Source: the human T2T-CHM13v2.0 reference genome, Homo sapiens. From it: 64,000 nt of DNA. Both the position numbers and the translations under genes were made by a program. Every line of letters starts with the position of its first letter. Within the stretch, counting starts at the first letter, position 1. The notes under the pieces are model-generated. The model searched no databases, was not told where the DNA came from, and was given only the letters and a program-made list of their open reading frames with translations. Positions 1 to 12,224 of the stretch are shown here, in pieces. The stretch lies in assembly GCF_009914755.1 (NCBI RefSeq), contig NC_060932.1, one strand, 5' to 3'.

Positions 1-600
1 TGTCTAGATTCTCAAAGAACTGATTCTTTTTCTTGAAGTCGAGCAGTTCTATTGGAATACATATTGATCATTCTGGAACATTACGTAGTTTTCTTTTTTT
101 AATTCAATAAAGTTTTTCTGAATAATACATTTTAGTATGCGTTCTGCTCCCTTGCATGATTTTCTCCTTCAGAAATTTCTATTAACTCAGAGTTTTATTG
201 TCTATATTTAATATTCATTACTTTCTGTTGAAAAACTTATATTGATTTTATATTTTGTTTTTTTTTTCTTTTTTAACGTTTATGCGTCTTAATGCATTAT
301 TATTTTTGTAATTCACTCCTGGGTTCTTATTTGTTTAATCTTAATTTCTAATACTTAAAAAAGTTAATTATTTCTGCATTCCTGCCACCCATTTCAGATA
401 TTTATAACTTTCACATATTGTATTTTCATATGTCCTATAAATATCTTAATGTTTCTTAATCATTTCGAATAACAGGTTAAGGTTTTGATATTTTTAGCAG
501 ATTTTTGATGTGAGTATACAGTGTTAGCAGTGTTCCTAATCCTCTTGTTCTCAAGATAATTTTGGTTAAAATTAGACCTTCATAATTTTCTATGAATGCA

Positions 601-643
601 CGTGTTTGTGTGTCTGTGTGTGTGTCTGTGTCTGTGTGTGTGT
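601..643. repeat. (TG)n/(TGTC) microsatellite
   Basis: Visible imperfect TG dinucleotide run. Confidence 0.9.
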
Positions 644-2493
644 CAAATTAGTTTCTGTAAGTTTTAGGCAGAAGTTTGGTTCAGTAGCTTTTCTGAATTC
701 ACAATATTTCCTTTTCTATTGTTTCACATAATGTTAAAAATATGGGTTTCCTCTACCCATAGCTAAGGTGAACTTCTCAATTTAAACAACTGCAGAAGTG
801 TACACATTTATAAGTGAACTGTTTTCTGGTGTTGGATAACAAACAGCAGAGCGAGAGAAGTTGGATCCATAAGTGAGCTCCACATTCACCCAAGGTTTTA
901 CCTTTGAATGCATTCCTAATCAGGAAAGCAGATCGAAGCTGAGCCGAGGTGCATACATGGGAAAATCAGAGCTTCTCAGTTCGCAAATTTGTCAGGCAGG
1001 TTTTTGGAAAGGTAAAGTTATACAGAAGAGGACCCCCACCCAGAAAACTGTGAAGGGATTCTCCTAAAGTCCTTGGCCAAAAGCTTGGCAGCACATTCAT
1101 GGAGGCCTCTGGGAAGCCTAGCAGCAAGTCATTGTTGATGTATAGAGATTCAGAGGTTATGCATTTCTGAAGCTAAAGCTCTGCCAGAATGAAGAGCTCT
1201 CATGAAGCAATTAGATTATTTAATTGAACCTTATGCAGGCAATTTTGTCAGGCAACTAAATTACTGGTGGATACTCTTGAATCTGTTCAAGGAGATTGTG
1301 TGTGTGTGTGTGTAAGTGTGTATACATACATTTGTATATGTGTGTATATATACATATATTATAATATATGGTAAAAACTGCAATAAGTAGGAACACATCA
1401 AGTGTTGACCCATATGTTGGAAATAGGGGACAAGGACTTTGATGCTGCTATTTTAAATATAAATACAGACATGAAGAACAGTATCATCTTATTGGTTGCA
1501 TAAGACTCTACAGAAATAGAATCTATTAAAATGAAAATTCTATAACTAAAAATCATAATACTGACAAACAATTGTATATTGATTATGTAATATATCATAT
1601 TACGAAGCTAGAAAGCCAATCCACACAAATTGAAAGTGGAACAAATTGAAAGTGGAAAAATGAAGGTAGACATTAACAAAGTTGGAAACATAAATTTAAG
1701 CTTACAGATAGAATATATTAGTTATTTTGATAAATTCCTAACATAGTTGATCAAGATAAAAATGAAAAAATAAATAATCATTAGAAATGATGGAGATACC
1801 ATTAGACATTGTAAATACCTTAAACTAGTAAGCAATATGAAGAAAAATGTTTACATTAATACATTTAATAACTTACATGACATGAACAAAGTTCTCGAAA
1901 ACTCAGTTTAGCAAAGTTGATACAAAAGGAATTTAAAACACTGAAGGGGCCTAAATCACTTTAAAAGAATTATAATTTTAAAATATTTTGAAAAAAGTCT
2001 CAAGGACCTGGTGGCTTCACTGGTATATTTTGTGAAACTTTTAATAATGAAAACATAGTGATTTTATAAACTTCTTTCAGGAAATAAAGGTTGATTGTAT
2101 TTTATTTATTCCATTTAAGTCACTCAAAAATAAAATATGAATTTCTTAATAAAACATTATCAAATCAAATTATAAAACATATAAAAATTTTAACACACTC
2201 AGGCATGGGTTTATCTCAATTATGGAAGTTTGTTTCAATATTTTAAATCAACCAAAATAGTATTCCACATTGTCAACAAAAAAAGGTAAAAATTATCTCA
2301 ACATATTCAGGAAGCACATTGACAAAATCCAAAACCAATTTATAATTTAAAAAAAAAAATCTTCATAAAATAGGAAACTTTATAAGGTTAGAATACATTG
2401 TGTATAATCTACAACTAAGATTATTATTGTTAAAATATTAAATGGCTTCTTTTAATTTGGAGGTTAAGAGTATGTTATCTTAACTTTTAACTG

Positions 2494-2734
2494 TTCCCTC
2501 CCTCCCTTCCTTCCTTTTTCTTTTTTCTTTCCTTTCTTTTCTTTTTATTTTCTTTCTTCTTTCTTTCTTTTTTCTTTCTTTCTCTCTCTCTTTCTCTTTC
2601 TTTCCTTTCCTTTCTTTCTTTCCTTCTTTCTCTCTTTCCTTCCTCCCTCCCTCCCTCTCTCCTTCCCTTCCTTCCTTCCTTCCTTCCATCCTTCCTTCCT
2701 TCCTTCTTTTTCCTTTCCCTTTTTTTTTTTTTTT
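2494..2734. repeat. Polypyrimidine (TTCC/TTTC/CT)n tract derived from an Alu A-tail
   Basis: ~240 bp of nearly pure C/T lying between an Alu body and its TSD. Confidence 0.9.
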
Positions 2735-2959
2735 CAGGGTCTATGGCCCAGGCTGGAGTGCCGTAGCTCAATCATGGCTCACAGCAGCCTCTACCTCCCA
2801 GGCTTAAGTGATCCTCTTATCTTAGCTACTTTCATTTTTTGTGGAGACAGGGTCTCACTATGTTGCCCATTCTGGTCTTGAATTCCTGGGCTCAAGTGAT
2901 CTTCCTGCCTCAACCTCCCAAAGTGCTGAGATTACAGGTGTGAGGCCCTGCAACTGGCC
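2721..2959 (-). mobile_element. AluJ with an internal deletion
   Basis: Antisense Alu with J-type wording (GGTCTCACTATGTTGCCC, CCTGGGCTCAAGTGATC). TSD-like ATCTTAAC(T/A)TTTA at 2477-2489 and 2961-2973. Confidence 0.9.
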
Positions 2960-3193
2960 CATCTTAACATTTATATTCAGTATCGTGCTAGAAAGAACAA
3001 ATAGTGGCATAATCTAAAGCTAGAAAGCATACAGATAGAGAAATAAGTAAAATCTCTTTTATGTGTGTATGTCTGTGTTGAGAAAATGCTAAGGATTCTA
3101 AATGTTTTTTACTAAAATCTAGTATATAATAATAATTTTCTTTTTATAACCTAGCAATAAAAACTAAAACAAAAATTATAAAAATGGTCCTTC

Positions 3194-3727
3194 TAACAGA
3201 GGAGGAGCACTGTCATTTTGGACAAACACCACCACCTTAAGTTCTAGCTCCCTTTCCAGTCTCATGCATTTCAAGGAAATCATGTAGAAGCTTCTCTTCT
3301 AACTACAAGCAGCCAGAAAGAGCAGAGAATAAAACACAGACAAGACAGCTCAGGCACAGAGGGAGGTGAGGGGAACGTCTCTTGGGTAACTGCCAAACTT
3401 CACTCTCATACAATGGGCCCCAGTAAAACAGTGGGCCTTAATAAGCTCATTCCTTTCCCTTCAGGTGCACTAAGATAGGAAAGCTAAAAGCAGACTCAGG
3501 GAGTATGTCTGCAGCTGCAGAAAGATGTATAGGAGCAGACACAGAACTCTCCCTCCCAGATAAGCACAATAAAAAGACACAGAAGCAGTCCAAGCTTCTG
3601 ATAAACATCACCTTGAGTACTTAAAAACTCTTAGTCTGTAAGAAAGTGTGCCTCTGACCTAACTCTGCCAGAAGCCCTCTTTAAGGGCCACCTTTCATGA
3701 TTCTTTCCTCTTTCTTTAATTATTACA
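3194..3727 (+). mobile_element. ERV1 solo LTR, LTR9 family
   Basis: Matches the recalled LTR9 consensus (ACAGAGGAGGAGCACTGTCATTTTGGACAAACACC...CTCATGCATTTCAAGGAAATC...TTTCTTTAATTATTACA). The AATAAA-bearing block near the 3' end appears deleted. Confidence 0.75.
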
Positions 3728-5789
3728 TTTACCATCGGATAAAATAAATTAGACATTTTGGAATACCTTTAACTTATGAAGTGACAGAGCACTACACTGA
3801 AAATTACCAAACTTTGATGAGACTCAATATCGTTATGATGTTAGTTCTCCCTGAAATGACTGGTAGTTCCAATGCTTCGTTATATAATCCAGGAAGGCTT
3901 GTAGTAAAAATTAACAAGCAGTTCTAAACTTCATATGTGAATATAAGAACTTAAAAAGATCAAATCAGATTGAAAATGAATAATAAATTGCAAGATACTT
4001 TTTAAAACTATACAGTCTTAAAGGAATTTTCTTTGTAACCATTGGTAGGAAATTTTTTTAGGGAGATTGAAAGAGCAACCATAAACTAAAGAAATCGATA
4101 AGTTGAAATTAATCAAAATTCAAAATATTTGCCCATCAAAAGACTCCATAAAATAAAAAATCAATTATATATGGTAGACATACTGCTTGAGAATTTGTTT
4201 AAACAATTAAATAGTAGATTCTTAAATTACATTTTTAGCTACAAAATAAAACCATGCTCAACTTTTCTTTTAAAATGTGTTTTATTTTATATTCAATTGA
4301 TAATAATATAATTATTTCCAAGTAAGATTAATAGTGATGTGACATCAAGGGTTAACTGTAACTGAAGGTTAAGTGATCTCTAAGTAACTTTGAGAATGAA
4401 AACTCTTTGAGGCTGAGATCTAGTCTATTATTAAAATAAAACGTAGGAAATTAAGAGATACAATTGCTTATAATAATAACATTAAAATTTATTTAAAGTA
4501 AGCCTGATCCTTTTTTCCCAATATAGGTAATTGTCAACTAAATATTATGAAGCAATATGCACCCTTTATCCTTAAGTCATTTTTATTCTTTAATCATAGA
4601 ACACTGAAAATAATGACAATTCATATATTCATAGAATAGCTTCAGGTTACAATAAAAGTATTAGATGTACTTTCACCATTTTCATATTATTTTCTAAAGT
4701 TATTTTAGTATTATCGGAGGAAATTGCCTTAATAATTTCTAAAATAAAGAAAACATATACCATCTCAAAACTCACTTACTATTCAAGGGCTTCTAATAAA
4801 AGCTGTAGAAGGCTTGTTTTCAAAGGCAATTTTTACTCTCACAACAATTTTCAATTCATACTTCAAAATGGGTCAAAAATAAATGAACTATTAAAGACTA
4901 TTGAGTTAAGCATCACTGCTGCCATCATTTGCAAGTTGATGTATCTTTATGTCAATCAAAATAAAATGATTCAACAATAATATGCATCTAATATTTAACT
5001 GTTGTTAGAGTACATTATTCTGTACAAGTATTCAAGGACAGAAGAAATATTTAATTAAATTAATAATTTTTTTCTTTTAAACATTAATGCAACTGGAATG
5101 TATCTAGTTCATAAACTAAACAGGTGATGACAAGAAAAGAAGTAACCTCTATGATTCAAATTTAAATGAAGAGTCTACTGTGTAAAGGTTGTAACTCCTT
5201 ATCAATAGTTGCCTTGCTGTTGAGAAAAATTTTTCTGATATATGAACAAGTATAAAAGAAGCCAGTAAAATAAATTGCATACAATTTTACACTGTTTAAT
5301 GTGTTTTAGTTAATAGTTTTAATGCTCTAAGGTAGCATATCAGAAAGACCAGAGAAAACAACATAAAAAAAATACATGATAGCATACCAGCACTGAACAC
5401 AAAATTTAAGAAGTATGCCATATAAATAATATAAAAATCTAGGGAAGAAAATCTAATGAATTGCAAAATTGTTACATATAAAACACTTAGTAAAATAAGT
5501 GAATTATTGTTGATATGAATTGTGTCCCTTAACTGGAAAACTCGGTAATTTATAACTGTCAATTTCCTATAATTAATTTATTGACACAATTACATTCAAA
5601 TATAATTTCCCGTGGAAGTTTGTTGTTGTTTTTGTTGCTGCCACTGCTACTTGGCTGTAGCTTTTTAGGGGCCAAAACTTGATGAACTGATAACAATATT
5701 TAAATTGAAATGCATAAAAGCCAGAATAATTAATGCAAACTGAAATAAAAAGAACATCTTTGGAGGACTGACTTCATTGCCTCATTAAT

Positions 5790-5948
5790 CAAAGTGAGGT
5801 CCATGATTATACAGCATCAGCATCTCGTAGGAGCTTTTTAGAAATGCAGAACTTCAGACTCCACCAACAGTTATTTAATCAGAATCTTCATTTTAGCAAG
5901 AACTCCAGATGAAATGTATACACGCTCAATTTAAGAAGTCGTGCTCTA
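5790..5948. mobile_element. MER5-family hAT-Charlie DNA transposon
   Basis: CAGCATCAGCATC...AGAAATGCAGAA...AATCAGAATCTTCATTTTAGCAAG is the typical MER5A/B core. Confidence 0.75.
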
Positions 5949-6431
5949 TCAGATACTAGGAGTAATTGTAAAGCCAGAATGATTAAGACAGGATATTTTG
6001 ATATTTGTACAATGTTACCTGTACAAGGCTCAACAGAGGTGAGAAAAGAACACAGAAGTAGACACGTGCCCATATGGGCACATAATTTACAACAAAGGTG
6101 GCACTTCAGGGAAGCAGGGCAAGTGTCATCTTTTCAATGCCTGTTATTTGTTTGCTCTGTAACCATGTGGAAAGAAAAGAGTCTTAATGCCTGTCGAATA
6201 TTATAGCCCACCATCAGTTCCCATTCAATTTGTACATGTAAATATGGAAGATTCAACAGTGTTTATAAATGACAATAGAAGTTTATAGCTTCATGATTTT
6301 AAGAGTTATTAAGAGATTGAAAATGTAATTCATATTGTGAGAGACATGTAAGATGCATAATAAAAAGGCTCCTATCGAGCATACTTAAGTAGCTCAATAC
6401 ATCAGTAGAAAGAAACAAAATTTAAAGTTGG

Positions 6432-6545
6432 TAGGTGCAGCTAACCACCATGGCACAGCACAGGTATGCCTGTGTCACAAACCTGCACTTTCCACACATG
6501 TATCCCAGAACTTAAAGTAAAATTAAAAAAAAAAAAAAGAAAGAA
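6432..6545 (+). mobile_element. Short 5'-truncated L1PA 3' end with A-tail
   Basis: AGGTGCAGCTAACCACCATGGCAC...AAACCTGCAC...ATGTATCCCAGAACTTAAAGTAAAATT followed by poly(A). Confidence 0.85.
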
Positions 6546-8762
6546 GGTAATAGAAAAATTAGATACTGGAACAGGGCCTCCAGAAAAAAGCAGGTATCCA
6601 AATGGACAGTAGCTATAAGATAATGTGCTCAAATGTATAAATGAAAGAAATTTAAATTAGTACACAATATGATGCCATTATACAGCTAGGAATGGCTAAA
6701 GTTCGTAAAGACTGCCAACACTGAATGTTTTCTTGTTAGTGTTGTTGTTTATTTACTTTTTAAGAAATAGAACAATGGAACTTCCATATTCCCCTATGGG
6801 AGAGATATGAAAGGTTCTTTAAAAAATTACTTCAGCATTTTCTAACAAATGTGAACCAAGAAGTATATACCTTACAACATTTTTTGAAAAACGTGACCAT
6901 ACATGCTTCTGCATAATACACAATCTGTTTTTTCCCCATATTAAACCAAACTAGGAGGTACCACAAAGGCCTATTTGCACGCTTAAATAAATTTTGGAAG
7001 AGTCATAGAATGGAATGCTATTCATTAGTGGATATAACTAAACACAAAAACATGTAACAACCTGAATTAATATAAAATATAATGAGATAGAAGAATGATA
7101 AAAAATAAAATAACATAATTTCATATTTTTTATAAAAATCAATTTATAAGATTTATATAAAATCCATATAAATACATTTCAATACCAGGAAAAATAAAAC
7201 TCTATTATTTAGGAAGGTGGGCCCAGCTGATAATTTTATAAGGAAAACAGGAGTTCTATCATAAAAATTAGATTAGATATTACCTCTCAGTGATGACTAG
7301 GATTGTTATTAGAAAGGAGCCCTTCCAAGGTACAGTCAATGTTCTATTTCTGAACCTGGGTGGCTATTACATGATAACTCACTTGTAAAAATTGTGTTCA
7401 AATTTTTTGTTGGCATTGTGTTTACTTTATACATGATAATTTGCAATGGGGACATGAATTTAACTGCGGGTGTAGCAGCAGATCAGCAATCTTTTCATTC
7501 CTTTACTAAATAAACGTTTTGGGGAAATAAAAAAAACTAATCATTTGCTTTTAGCAGGATGTACATATTTGTCAAGGATTGCTTATAGTAAATAAGTCTA
7601 GAATACATGAGTTTATGAGACATGATTTTGTGGGAAATGTCATGTAAGCCAATAACTGAGTATAAAATAGAGATGTTTCATGACCTGCCTTCTATACCAG
7701 TGTTGTTACTGCCCACCTTATTTAGAAATTTATATTTTAGTGTAGGCCAATGCACATCACATTAGGGGAGAAAACAGCTAGGGAGTCATGCTGTTAAGTC
7801 CTGGCCCTCTCCCTGTTTCAGATAAGCTGGTGCTTATTTGCTAAGCTTTGATACTGACTGAGATTTCTGATTCATGAGAGTCTGATTGGGAAATTCAATA
7901 TTTGTACAATCTCAACAATATAAAAAACAAGCATGTTAACATAATCCATAGTGATAACAAAATGTTAAAAATTATTTGATAAAAATCATGGGTATGAGAT
8001 TCATGGCATTAACATATCCTTTAGACTATTTGACTAAACATATTAGAGTAATTCACAATAGCATAATATATAAATTATGTGATTAAAAATATTTTAAAAG
8101 GAAAGATCCATTTGAGATTAAAAATGCATAGAAAACTAAAGGATCATCCTTAATCTGACAACATAATTGTTATTTATAGCAAATTCAAGGACCAGGATAC
8201 ACATATTGACACCATGTCTTCAATATTGTTTTTGAATTCTTAGCCAACACAATAAACAAATACTAATAACAAATAAATAAGCAACCGTATAAATAAGATA
8301 TAAAATATATATGTTATAAAGGAAGAAAATAAACATATATTTTAAGTAATATTATTGTCTATTTTAAAAATATATATGTAGTAACAGAGTACTAAAAGTT
8401 AAATGCTTGCTTTTTAAGAGAGCCATTAAAATAAATTAATTTCACATATAGTTAAAGTAAAAATTAAATAGAACAGCAAATAAAATATATGCATAAAATT
8501 AATCTTTTATAATATGGAATAACACTATTTTAATCAAAGTATATAATTTATTTAAAAATATAGAAAAGAAACATACATAAAATGATACACTTTGTTCATG
8601 AAAATAAACACTCAAAATTCCAATAGGGTATTTCATGAAACTGGACTAGGTAATTCAAAATGTGAAAAAAATAAAGAACATTTAAAGTCTAAGATTACCC
8701 TGCAGAAAACCAAGGAAAGTGTGCCAGATAGAGAAATATTACAAACAATAAAATGTAAAGCG

Positions 8763-9071
8763 TTTTTTTTCTTTTTTTTTTTTTTTTTTGAGGGAGTCTC
8801 GCTCTGTCGCCCAGGCTGGAGTGCAGTGGCGCAGTCTCGGCTCACTGCAAGCTCCGCCTCCCGAGTTCACGCCATTCTCCTGCCTCAGCCTCCTGAGTAG
8901 CTGGGACTACAGGCCTCCGCCACTACGCCCGGCTAATTTTTTGTATTTTTTTAGTAGAGACGAGGTTTCACCGCTTTAGCCAGGATGGTCTCGATCTCCT
9001 GACCTCGTGATCTGCCCGCCTCGGCCTCCCAAAGTGCTGGGATTAACAGGCGTGAGCCACTGCGCCTGGCC
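8763..9071 (-). mobile_element. AluY, full length
   Basis: Y-type GCAAGCTCCGCCTCCC..TTCACGCCATTCTCC and GATGGTCTCGATCTCCTGACCTCGTG; many CpGs retained. TSD TAAAATGTAAAGC at 8749-8761 and 9072-9084. Confidence 0.97.
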
Positions 9072-10476
9072 TAAAATGTAAAGCTTTTTTGGGTGGGCAT
9101 GAAGATAAACAGATCAGTGGCATAATTGTAGAAAAAGCCCAGAAACAAGTTCATTTCATTCCAATAAAGACAAAGACCCAGTTTTTCAAGATCTACATAT
9201 TTTTATCTATCACCTGAGTATCCACCATTCAAAGTTTCTGATTAGTCACAAATTTATGTAGTTTATATGGCTTTGTTTGTGGATTTGTTTCCAACTCTTT
9301 AACCCATCAAATTTTTTTCAATTGTAATATTTTTCCAGATTAAGATTAGACAAATTTAATTTAATCTAGAATAAGATCATTTATAGCTGTGGTAGAGTCC
9401 AATCAACTTAAGTCTAGGTTTGTCATAGATGGTAGTCCTGGACCATTATGTAAATGCCATAAACTTCTCTGGTTATCAACTTTGACCTTCAGTAAACGTG
9501 GAGGAGTATGAATTAAGGTATGCATAGCCTTGTTGGTTGTGACTCTTACAGAAGCACTAAGAGTAACTTTAATTGGTTTAATTAAATAGACATATAATCT
9601 CCAAATTAATTTTAGGACTGCCCATTTATTCTGTTTCTGAGGAGAGTCAATAGATCAAACACAGATAAACACCTTTATAGATATACTGTTAATGGAATTC
9701 CTGGTTACTGCAAGTTGACTAAGTAAAACACAACCTCCATAGACTACAGTTATAAATATTGGTCATTCAAGCAAATGTGTGAATTAAAATACACACTTGG
9801 ATGAGCAACAAAGACACCTATGATCATGGATCATGGTGGGCCTTGATGTAAGACAACTCGGCTTGGGAGACAATAATAAAATTCAACTTCTTTCTCTGCC
9901 CACTAACTGACAAGACTTAGCATCAGCACCTCCAGGATGTTTACAAAATTGATGGACTTGGTACTGTCCCTGTGGTCCTAGGAGAGACTGGAATTATTAA
10001 ACCTAATATCATGTTCACCTTTGCTTTCCTTAGTGTTACATCCAAAGTAAAACCTGTTGAGATGCACCAGGAAGCTTTGAGAGAAGCTCTTCTTGTGGAC
10101 AAAAGGGCTTCAATATTAATAACATTTCTGTGAAATATGTTTGTTACAGGAAAGTGGCTGGTAACAGTAAAAATTATGCCTCAGTGAAAGCAGCTGGCTT
10201 CACTGGTCATGTGATTATCCCGAACCATCTAGGCCAAATCAGTGCTGTCTTTGCCACATAGCTCACATTGCTGGCAAGGTTGCTTAGCTGAAGAAGGCTG
10301 GTCATCATTCTGGCAAGAAACCAGAATGATGGCCTCAAATTCTTGAAATCTGCTGGTGCTGCCATCATTGATAGGGTTCTTGGCTAGCCCATGTGTATTG
10401 AAAACATGTCTGAATATCCTTCTCTAGGTTGTTTTGCTGTTTATAATACGAAGCAGACACTTCCTGTGGGTATCAC

Positions 10477-11230
<754 letters not shown>

Positions 11231-11453
11231 TCATCAAAGTGTGAACAAGAAGGCTGCTAGAGCTGGCAATGTCACCAAGTCTGCTTAGAAAGTTCAGAAG
11301 CCTAATGAATATTGTCCGTAACACCTGCCACCCCAGTTGTAATCAGTGAAATATCTCAGAACTGTTTGTCTTTACTGACCATTGAAACTTAACTGGTTAA
11401 TGATAACAAAGCATCATAAAATGTTCAGGAAGAAAGGAGAATGTTTACTAGAC

Positions 11454-11497
11454 TGTGTGTGTGTATGTGTATGTGTCTGTGTGTGTGTGTGTGTGTG
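11454..11497. repeat. (TG)n microsatellite within the pseudogene 3'UTR
   Basis: Visible TG run. Confidence 0.9.
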
Positions 11498-11757
11498 CAG
11501 AAGAGAGTGGTAGCTTTAAATACTAGTTTTTAAAACCAGTTCCTCTGAAATAAAAACAATTGATCAAAAATCTATCACAGAATTTTGAAACCCATTAAAA
11601 CAAAAGTTTAATGACAGAAAGAAACTCTCTAGCCTAAACAGACTGACCCTCACTTCCACCCCAGTTGCAGATTCAATGACTCCTGCCTCCTCTATTCCTT
11701 CAAGTGAGGAAGAATCCCCCCACCGGATCTACCTTCTAGCTGATCATGGATATACAA

Positions 11758-12204
11758 CATAAAAGGAAAATATCTTGGATCCCAAAATCACTAAGCTAAA
11801 AGGAAAACTGAAGCTACGAACTGCCTAGGGCCAACCTGCCTCCCATTCTATTCAAAGTCATCCCTCTGTTCACTGAAATAAATGCATATCTGCTTGCTTC
11901 CTTTGAAAAGGCTAATCAGAAACTCAAAAGAATGTAACTTTTTGTCTTTCACCTGCCTGTGACCCGGAAGTCCCCTCCTTACTTCAAGTTGTCCCACCTT
12001 TCTGGTCTGAACAAATGTTCATTTGACATATATTGATGGGTTTCTCATGTCTCCCTAAAATGTATAAAACCAAGCTGTACTCTGACCACATTGGGCACCT
12101 GTCATCTGGACTTCCTTAGGTTGTGTTGTGGGTATGTGTCCTCAATCTTGGCAAAATAAACTTTCTAAATTAACTGAGACTATCTCGAATTTTGGGGGTT
12201 CACA
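11758..12204 (+). mobile_element. MER4A1 5' LTR
   Basis: AAAGGAAAATATCTTGG..CCCAAAATCACTAAGC...TGTATAAAACC (TATA)...AAAATAAAC (polyA signal)...GGTTCACA. Colinear with 19538-19984. Confidence 0.9.
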
Positions 12205-12206
12205 TT

Positions 12207-12224
12207 TGGCAACCACAAAGTAAT
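12207..12224 (+). other. Decayed primer-binding site (tRNA-Arg-like)
   Basis: TGGCAACCACAAAG begins 3 nt after the LTR and resembles TGGCGACCACGAAGGGAC with CpG decay. Confidence 0.55.

Larger units (their letters stand above)
770..7450 (+). mobile_element. Ancient fragmented L1M/L1ME-type LINE-1 (possible 5' region, ORF1/ORF2 debris, 3' end), interrupted by Alu, LTR9, MER5 and an L1PA fragment
   Basis: CAAGGACCTGGTGGCTTCACTGG...GAAACTTTTAA at ~2000-2045 matches the L1 ORF2 GPDGFTGEFYQTFK region. More ORF2-like A-rich blocks lie at 3760-4200 and 5300-5780, and 3'-like sequence at 6600-7450. May be several elements; boundaries approximate. Confidence 0.6.

Noticed and set aside
2480-2771. K/E/R-rich ORFs (69 and 94 aa)
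   Set aside because: Translations of the purine strand of a simple-repeat Alu tail.
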